In this document: piece after piece, positions 6,999 through 13,262 of the stretch | Numbering within the stretch: the first letter of the stretch is position 1 | How the letters are laid out: every line of letters starts with the position of its first letter | Assembly: GCA_964615775.1 (NCBI GenBank) | Contig: CAZTQB010000001.1 | Coordinates: 1 to 58,598, forward strand | DNA length: 58,598 bases | Direction of reading: 5' to 3' | Source of the DNA: an uncultured Candidatus Saccharibacteria bacterium | GTDB lineage: Bacteria; Patescibacteriota; Saccharimonadia; Saccharimonadales; 2-12-FULL-41-12 | The notes under the pieces: model-generated | Database searches by the model: none | What the model was told of the DNA's origin: nothing | Seen by the model: only the letters and a program-made list of their open reading frames with translations | Program-made: the position numbers and the translations under genes

Positions 6999-7304
6999 AT
7001 GAAGATTAGTGAAAATATCCTACGAGAAGAATATAGCTACCGTGGCGGCGGTTGCGAGCTGGACTTGACTGAGTTTGGCTACGAAGATGAGCTTTTGAGT
7101 GCTTACCAGAATTATCTAGGTGGTGGCATGCTTGGCTCGATTGGCAATAGCTGTACTGTCGAGGATTGGCGGCAAGATGAGAAACTCATTAAGCTAGCAC
7201 ATGAGCTGCGAGAATACTATCAGGATCGGATGTATGAGTTCGAGTGTATCGACGAATATAACGAGATAACTGAGGGGCGACCCATCAGCTATCCAGGGCT
7301 GTAA
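6999..7304 (+). CDS. Hypothetical 101-aa highly acidic protein
   Basis: AAGGAG SD; very rich in E, D and Y. Confidence 0.8.
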   Translation: MKISENILREEYSYRGGGCELDLTEFGYEDELLSAYQNYLGGGMLGSIGNSCTVEDWRQDEKLIKLAHELREYYQDRMYEFECIDEYNEITEGRPISYPGL

Positions 7305-7312
7305 GCAGCCCT

Positions 7313-7339
7313 CATCCTGAGTAAGATGTAAAACTACTC
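7313..7339 (+). repeat. Pseudoknot repeat copy 5: CATC-CTGAGTAA-GATG-TAAAAC-TACTC
   Basis: S1 CATC/GATG and S2 GAGTA/TACTC; both stems show compensatory changes. Confidence 0.85.
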
Positions 7340-7709
7340 ATCAGGAACAGGCACACTGGCCGCACCATGCAACATAGCCCTTTGGGCTAGTTGCATCGTC
7401 CGTCCAGCTCAAGCAGCAGATAACGACACGCTCCATACTTACCCCCTCGGACTATCACATGCGTCCCGCAGTGAAGTCCTCGTGTGCAAGAATGAATCAT
7501 GTCCTGGACGTACCTCTGGTACGACATCGGTTAATAATTAAATGGTTAGTCACCATCAAGCACGACGGGCGGCACGTATTCTCCTCTGGAGAAAACGTAC
7601 ACACCCGACGCACTCGCTGGCAACAAAGGCTCGTGATAGATCAAACAAGCGTGACCATGACACGACGCAAGCTTACGCGTCATCGTCACGCTATCCTCAT
7701 ATCCGTAAA
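7340..7709. other. Hairpin-rich non-coding region, candidate oriT or replication origin
   Basis: Inverted repeats at 7367-7396 (ATGCAAC.TAGCCC/GGGCTAGTTGCAT) and 7648-7692 (AGCGTGAC/GTCACGCT), between the small-gene array and the relaxase-family gene. Confidence 0.4.
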
Positions 7710-8495
7710 CTAATCGAAAAGCGCAGTCTGTTTTTTCGGGTTAAAGGGGGAAGACCAGATATGTGCGGCTGGTTTGTCGAATGCCGTGAGTGCTGAGGCG
7801 AGTATCGGCAGTTCACCCTCATCCATGCCCATGCCCTCTAGCTTCTTGTTTGTGGTATAGAGAAAGCTGAACTTTGCGGCGCTATCTTTTAAGACAAAAC
7901 ATATATGGGGATAGTTATCACCCTCCCAGCTTTCATCTTCGCTATGCGTGATAATTTCATCGAGGCGCTTGCGGACTATATATGGTGGCTTATCATCGGC
8001 AATGACTACAATAGCCTCTTTACCGTCTGGTGTGCGTATGTAGAGGTCTGGACGGTTTTTGGGGAATTGTCGGAAACGGTTGATCTCGGTCTTTGAGAAC
8101 ACGGCCGAGTCTTTAGGCAGGTATTTGATAATAGCCGTGTAGCATTGTATGAGCTTCATGCTATGACTAACGAAATCATCAGTCATTTCATCATTCTTGT
8201 ACAGGGCATGTACAACAGACTCTTTGACATCCATGAGCTTGCGGACGGCCGTAACGCCGCTTTTATTCAGGTAATAATAGGCAGGCTTTCTATCAATACG
8301 GAACTTCGGCTCATAGACTTTTGCCACTAACTTTTTACTAACTAATTGCTCTAATACTTCATAGACACTGACCCTATGAATACCCATAACATCTGCTAAT
8401 AATCCTGCTGATACAAATCGAAACTTGAATAATAACTTTAAGACACGTTGCTGCTGACCTGTTAGTTTTTGACCTTTTACATCTCCATCCATCAC
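7710..8495 (-). CDS. Replication-relaxation family protein (Replic_Relax-like)
   Basis: N-terminal wHTH (LT..QQRVLKLLFKFRFVS..LLA), YYL...G, conserved H (FVSHS) and RPDLY. Confidence 0.75.
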   Translation of the reverse strand: MMDGDVKGQKLTGQQQRVLKLLFKFRFVSAGLLADVMGIHRVSVYEVLEQLVSKKLVAKVYEPKFRIDRKPAYYYLNKSGVTAVRKLMDVKESVVHALYKNDEMTDDFVSHSMKLIQCYTAIIKYLPKDSAVFSKTEINRFRQFPKNRPDLYIRTPDGKEAIVVIADDKPPYIVRKRLDEIITHSEDESWEGDNYPHICFVLKDSAAKFSFLYTTNKKLEGMGMDEGELPILASALTAFDKPAAHIWSSPFNPKKQTALFD

Positions 8496-8711
8496 TACTT
8501 CTCTCTCCTATACGTAGTATATATAAAGGGAGAGTAAATGTATAGCTTCTGTATCTGTTAGTAAATACCTATTTACCTGCTATGCACAGTAGGTAAATTA
8601 TACATCAAGATATTGGGTAATTAGTATTGCTTTTTATTTTAATTAGTAATACTATTTATATAGAGGTTGTACATTAATAATTCGGCTAGTTACAGGTAAA
8701 AAGGAGGGGGT

Positions 8712-8864
8712 ATGATTGACAGAGAATTACTCGAAAAAGAAGCAATGGCGGAAGTGTGTGCGTGCTGGTATTACGACCTAGCGGACACGCTTTATGAGAC
8801 ACCAGACAGCGACTTACAGGTTATCGTTAGCCATTCACATAAATGTGAGACTTGTGGCCATTAA
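8712..8864 (+). CDS. Unannotated 50-aa Cys/His-rich protein
   Basis: AAGGAGG SD at 8701-8707; translation MIDRELLEKEAMAEVCACWYYDLADTLYETPDSDLQVIVSHSHKCETCGH. Confidence 0.65.
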   Translation: MIDRELLEKEAMAEVCACWYYDLADTLYETPDSDLQVIVSHSHKCETCGH

Positions 8865-8892
8865 ATAGCATTACATGTTAAAATAAGGACAT

Positions 8893-9096
8893 ATGTCCAG
8901 AAAGATAGTCAGTATGCAAATTCGTGTCACAGACGACCTGCGCGAACGAGCAAAGGTTGTTGCAAAGAAAAATGGGCTTACGTTAAGTGAGCTTATACTT
9001 CAACTGCTGGCAAGCACTGGAGACAAGCAGCTCAAAGAGCTAGCTAAAAAAGAACTCGATGAGCGCCCAAAGCCAGGACGACCCTGGGATAAATAA
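8893..9096 (+). CDS. Ribbon-helix-helix (CopG/Arc-like) DNA-binding protein
   Basis: Beta strand SMQIRV followed by two helices (DDLRERAKVVAKK, TLSELILQLL). Confidence 0.75.
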   Translation: MSRKIVSMQIRVTDDLRERAKVVAKKNGLTLSELILQLLASTGDKQLKELAKKELDERPKPGRPWDK

Positions 9097-9169
9097 AACT
9101 ATTATCTAGCCGAATTGTTAAGACGTACCAGCCTCGGAACGTCTTTTTTAACGTATTACGGAGGGTAAT

Positions 9170-9394
9170 ATGGATCGCAACAGTACAAACAATTCGCAGG
9201 AAGTCGCCGCAGGCTTCTACTCTCCGAGTGAGGAGCAGATTGTATTGCTGCAATCTATATTGCAGAAAGAATCACATGAATCAGTTTCGCTCAAAGAAGC
9301 GCAGGAGGTGGGCATACAGCTCGTGTCACTCTACGAGTGTCTGGCAAGGGATAGGACGCCCCCTATTGGAGTAAGAGGAAATGATGAATCCTGA
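9170..9394 (+). CDS. Small protein overlapping the recombinase start; putative recombination directionality factor
   Basis: GGAGG SD; coupled to the recombinase. The RDF role is inferred from position only. Confidence 0.55.
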   Translation: MDRNSTNNSQEVAAGFYSPSEEQIVLLQSILQKESHESVSLKEAQEVGIQLVSLYECLARDRTPPIGVRGNDES

Positions 9395-10880
9395 TGAAAT
9401 AGGCGTTATTCTCGCTCGTGTCTCAACTAAGGGGCAGGAAGATGAGGGTTATTCGCTTGAGGCTCAGGTTAAAAATCTGAGGATGTATTGTACGAATACG
9501 CGAATCAATCCGATTAAAGTCTTCAAGATTGCTGAGTCCGCATCAAAGACTGAGCAGCGCAAGATATTCAAAGAAGCCATGCAGTTTGTGGAGAAAAAAC
9601 ACGTTAAGAACCTCATTGTCGAAAAGGTAGACCGCCATGTGCGCAATCTGCATGATGCGGTCGAGACGCATGACTGGCTCACTAAAGACGAGACGAGAAA
9701 AGTACACTTCGTTAAAGATGCAATTGTTCTACATAAAAACTCTCGATCTCAAGAGTGGCTTAACTGGGGTATGCGTGTCGTTCTTGCTAAGAACTACATC
9801 GATAACCTACGTGAAGAAGCCATGAAAGGATGGGCCGAAAAACTAGCGCAAGGCTGGATGCCAGCACCACCACCCCCAGGCTATATGACCGTTGTTCGCG
9901 ATGGTAAGCGTATTCACGACTTCAACCCCGAAACCTACAAGTCTATGCAGCGAATTTTTCAGCTCATGCTTGAACCTCAGTACACCATAGAAACGATCCG
10001 TCATAAAATGACAGAGTTTGGGCTGGTGACCGGTAAAGGCAGACCATTCTCCAAGAGCCATGCACATAGAATACTGACAAATCCATTCTACATAGGAACC
10101 ATTCGCTTTAATGGCAACGAATACCCAGGTAAGCAGCCACACCTGATATCCGAAGAGCTGTTTAATGCAGTACAAGCCAAAATCTCACGCAAACGACCTG
10201 CGAAGTATCGCAAGCACAACCCATTACTCAAGGGTGTAATGATCTGTGAACACTGTGGCAAGAACATTACGTGGCAGCTCCAGAAAGGCCGATTGTACGG
10301 CTCATGTCAGCGTAAGTTAGAGGCTTGCAAGAAACAGAGCTTTGTCCGCGAAGATGCCGTCCTAGAGCTTATCCAAGGCAAGCTGGACGAACTTATCTGC
10401 CCATCTCCTGAGGTTATAACGTGGCTGACGACGTTACTGCATCAAGACTTCCAACTGTCAGTCAACAACGTCGAAGAGGCCCAGAAAGCCCTTGACGAGC
10501 GAATTGAGCGTATCAAGCGGATGGATGACATGCTGTATGACGATAAGCTGGCCGGACTTATTTCTGGCGAGCGCTATCAGAGTAAGCATGATTCATTCAT
10601 TAGTGAAATTAATGATCTGCAAAAGCAGAAAGGAGGCATAAGCCAAGAATACGAAACTAAGTACATGAATGGGATATCCGAGATAGAGCTGTCACAGGAC
10701 GCTAAACGGCTATTCGCAGACGAAAATACAAGCAGTGACGACAAACGAATAATTTTAACCAAACTATTCGAGAAGATCAGCCTAAAAGACAATTCCGTAT
10801 CTGTTACGTACACCAAACTGACACAGGCAATAGCTCGAAATAGCGGTTTAAGTAAGGAGATTTTGGGATATGCAAAATAA
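9381..10880 (+). CDS. Large serine recombinase (integrase)
   Basis: Catalytic ARVST..Q...GYSLEAQ, EKVDR..R, recombinase domain, zinc ribbon (CEHCG...C..C) and coiled coil. Confidence 0.95.
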   Translation: MMNPDEIGVILARVSTKGQEDEGYSLEAQVKNLRMYCTNTRINPIKVFKIAESASKTEQRKIFKEAMQFVEKKHVKNLIVEKVDRHVRNLHDAVETHDWLTKDETRKVHFVKDAIVLHKNSRSQEWLNWGMRVVLAKNYIDNLREEAMKGWAEKLAQGWMPAPPPPGYMTVVRDGKRIHDFNPETYKSMQRIFQLMLEPQYTIETIRHKMTEFGLVTGKGRPFSKSHAHRILTNPFYIGTIRFNGNEYPGKQPHLISEELFNAVQAKISRKRPAKYRKHNPLLKGVMICEHCGKNITWQLQKGRLYGSCQRKLEACKKQSFVREDAVLELIQGKLDELICPSPEVITWLTTLLHQDFQLSVNNVEEAQKALDERIERIKRMDDMLYDDKLAGLISGERYQSKHDSFISEINDLQKQKGGISQEYETKYMNGISEIELSQDAKRLFADENTSSDDKRIILTKLFEKISLKDNSVSVTYTKLTQAIARNSGLSKEILGYAK

Positions 10881-10897
10881 CGATAACCAAACCAACC

Positions 10898-10921
10898 AAA
10901 AAGACCCCCATAACAGGGGTC
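10898..10921 (-). terminator. Intrinsic terminator downstream of tRNA-Gln
   Basis: Minus strand GACCCC-TGTTATG-GGGGTC followed by TTTTT. Confidence 0.7.
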
Positions 10922-10962
10922 AAAATGGATTCGAGCATATCTCTCCTGGCTTGTGTTCTATA

Positions 10963-11037
10963 TGGCTGGGAGTGAGGGATTCGAACCCCCGAATGCCAGG
11001 ACCAAAACCTGGTGCCTTACCACTTGGCCAACTCCCA
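10963..11037 (-). tRNA. tRNA-Gln (anticodon UUG)
   Basis: Minus strand TGGGAGT acceptor stem, anticodon arm CCAGG-TTTTGGT-CCTGG, GTTCGAATC T-loop and encoded CCA. Confidence 0.97.
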
Positions 11038-11186
11038 TTGGCAAAAATCATTTTATAATAGCAGGGGCTTTTGGTATTTTGTATTTAAATGACTTTATTG
11101 AAGTATTATACGACATCTTAATTGATGTGTAAAACTACTATAAAACTTTCTTTTACCGTAGCTAAAAAGAATGCTAGACTAGGGTT

Positions 11187-11591
11187 ATGGAATGCGTATT
11201 TTGCAAAATTGTTTCAGGCGAACTACCAGCTGCCAAAGTCTATGAAGATGAAGAAGTTTTAGCATTTATTGATATTGAGTCAATTCGTCCAGGACATACT
11301 TTGGTAATACCTAAAAAACATTTTGTGTATATGCAAGATATGAGTGATGATTTGTATGCAAAAGTTTCGCTGGTGGCTAAAAATATTGCTTTATCGCAGC
11401 AAAAGGCATATGAGTGCGAAAAGATTGGGCAGATGGTCTCTGGCTGGGATGTTGACCATGCTCATCTACATATTATACCAATGCAGGATCCTAAGGACAT
11501 AACCTCAAAAGTGTTATTAGATGGCCAAGCTCAACACCCAACACCAGAGGAACGCGAAGTAGAAAGTCAAAAAATTATCCGAAATTTATGA
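11187..11591 (+). CDS. HIT family protein
   Basis: CVFC zinc motif and HAHLHII histidine triad. Confidence 0.92.
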   Translation: MECVFCKIVSGELPAAKVYEDEEVLAFIDIESIRPGHTLVIPKKHFVYMQDMSDDLYAKVSLVAKNIALSQQKAYECEKIGQMVSGWDVDHAHLHIIPMQDPKDITSKVLLDGQAQHPTPEEREVESQKIIRNL

Positions 11592-12241
11592 AAAAAGTTA
11601 TCAATGTAGATAAGCTTGAGATGTTTCATGCTGAAGTGGCTTTGATAATTGCAATATTCTTACAAATGATTGTTTGGTGGGCTTACCACAGTTTTAGTAA
11701 TCTACAGTTTTTTATTATTTTAGGTGAAGTCGCTATGTTGAGTGTGGTAGCTTTTAGCTCTAACATTAAAACTTTCCATAGCCGAAATATTTATAAGATT
11801 GCTGCATTAGTACTACTAATGATTATGAGTGCAGCCAACTTTAGTTCTTTAGTTGTAGTGATAAAATCTTTAATCACTGGTCACTCTGATTTTACTGGCA
11901 TGCAACTTTTGGCTTCGGCTTTAGCAATATTTGCAACAAATATAATTGTTTTTGGCCTTTGGTACTGGGAGATAGACAGTCCTGGTTTGACTCAGCGTCG
12001 TTGGTCTAGTCGTGATAAGGATTTTCAGTTTTCTCAGCAAGATATGGAAAAAGATTTCCCTGATTGGCGTCCAGAATTTATCGACTATATGTACTTGTCT
12101 CTTACTAATGCTATCAACTTTGCACCGGCTGACACCAAGCCGTTGACTCATTCGGCTAAAACGCTTATGGGTACTCAAGCACTAATTTCGGTTTTCACGT
12201 TGGCAGTAGTGATTGCTCGTTCGGTTAGTATCTTGGGTTAA
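11588..12241 (+). CDS. DUF1345-like membrane protein
   Basis: DFQFSQ, W.P.F.DY.YLS.TN...F.PAD and Q..IS motifs. Confidence 0.75.
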   Translation: MKKVINVDKLEMFHAEVALIIAIFLQMIVWWAYHSFSNLQFFIILGEVAMLSVVAFSSNIKTFHSRNIYKIAALVLLMIMSAANFSSLVVVIKSLITGHSDFTGMQLLASALAIFATNIIVFGLWYWEIDSPGLTQRRWSSRDKDFQFSQQDMEKDFPDWRPEFIDYMYLSLTNAINFAPADTKPLTHSAKTLMGTQALISVFTLAVVIARSVSILG

Positions 12242-12281
12242 AATTCTAGTTTTAAAAACATAAGTATTATAAACTGTTACT

Positions 12282-13208
12282 ATGATTAATTACTTTTATA
12301 GCAATGCCCGTGCAAGGCAGATTACTACGGTCGAAGAAGCCAAAGCCGGTGTTTGGGTGCATGCTACCGAACCATCCGAAGAAGAGTTAAATTTTTTAGC
12401 TAAAAAATTTTCTTTAGAACGTGATTTATTAGATGATGCAATCGATATATATGAGGCTCCACGTGCAGAAATTGATGGCAAAGATGCATATGTTTTTACA
12501 CGATATTGTCACCCAGATGGCAAAGATATTGCTACCGAACCGCTATTGATTATCTATACTTCCGATAACATCATAACTATCATGCGTAAGGATGATTCGG
12601 TGTTAGACCGGATAATAACTGGCGGCTTGGAGGTTTTGACGACCCAACGGACAAAGATTTTTTTGCATATTTTAGAGCAAATTAATCATTCTTATAAAAT
12701 ACAATTACATCAGGTTACTAAACGGATTTTGCAAATTCGCTCGAAACTGCGGCAAAGTGAGATAACTAACTTTGAGTTTGTAAGTTTTATCGAGCTAGAA
12801 GAAGATTTGAACGAGTTTTTGGGTGCTTTGCAGCCTCAGCAAGCGGTATTGCTTAGTCTAAGAACCGGTCGCTATATGCGACTTTACGAGGAGGACAAAG
12901 ATTTGATAGAAGATTTGACGCTCAGTACAACTGAGCTAATAGAAATGACTAAATCACGTCTGCGTACTTTAGTAAATGTACGCCAAGCTTACGATACTAT
13001 CGCCACCAATAACCTAAATAGGATATTTAAACGACTAACATCTATTGGTATTTTCTTAAGTGTGCCGATGGTGGTTGGTGGATTGTGGGGTATGAACGTG
13101 GCAGTGCCTTTCAAGGACAATCCGCATGGTTTTTCTATCGTAACAACTGGAACTGTGATAGCAACTATAATAACAGTCTATTACTTTCACAAGCACAAGT
13201 GGTTATAG
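12282..13208 (+). CDS. corA: CorA family Mg/Co transporter
   Basis: GMN motif between two C-terminal TMs. Confidence 0.92.
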   Translation: MINYFYSNARARQITTVEEAKAGVWVHATEPSEEELNFLAKKFSLERDLLDDAIDIYEAPRAEIDGKDAYVFTRYCHPDGKDIATEPLLIIYTSDNIITIMRKDDSVLDRIITGGLEVLTTQRTKIFLHILEQINHSYKIQLHQVTKRILQIRSKLRQSEITNFEFVSFIELEEDLNEFLGALQPQQAVLLSLRTGRYMRLYEEDKDLIEDLTLSTTELIEMTKSRLRTLVNVRQAYDTIATNNLNRIFKRLTSIGIFLSVPMVVGGLWGMNVAVPFKDNPHGFSIVTTGTVIATIITVYYFHKHKWL

Positions 13209-13262
13209 CATAGACTTTATATCAACAATATGATATAATCTTATAAGATAATTAATAAAAAT

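Larger units (their letters stand above)
1..10962. mobile_element. Integrative (probably mobilizable/conjugative) element, right part; left boundary outside window
   Basis: Large serine recombinase ending ~80 bp from a tRNA 3' end, plus relaxase-family, RHH and FtsK-like genes and many unknown ORFs. Visibly higher GC than the sequence beyond 11040 (by eye). No second att copy seen in the window. Confidence 0.85.

Noticed and set aside
5564-7339. CRISPR array or integron attC interpretation of the five repeats
   Set aside because: Spacers are whole genes of 230-560 bp, repeats are degenerate, and no cas genes are present. The motif lacks attC R/L boxes (RYYYAAC...GTTRRRY) and no tyrosine integrase is present.
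5564-7339. Hammerhead, pistol or preQ1 assignment for the repeat
   Set aside because: No CUGAUGA/GAAA core. The pseudoknot partner follows AAAC directly, with no room for pistol P2/P3. The position after stop codons of unrelated genes does not fit a riboswitch. Only a loose topological resemblance remains.
7459-7796. Plus-strand ORFs 7459-7713 and 7542-7796
   Set aside because: No SD, Arg/His-biased composition, overlap with hairpins and with the relaxase-family gene end; probably non-coding.
1-10962. Prophage interpretation of the left region
   Set aside because: No capsid, terminase, tail or lysis genes in the visible part; relaxase-, RHH- and FtsK-like genes favour an IME/ICE, though the unseen left part could change this.
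10870-11058. 62-aa ORF ending WLGVRDSNPRMPGPKPGALPLGQLP
   Set aside because: It is the antisense translation of tRNA-Gln.
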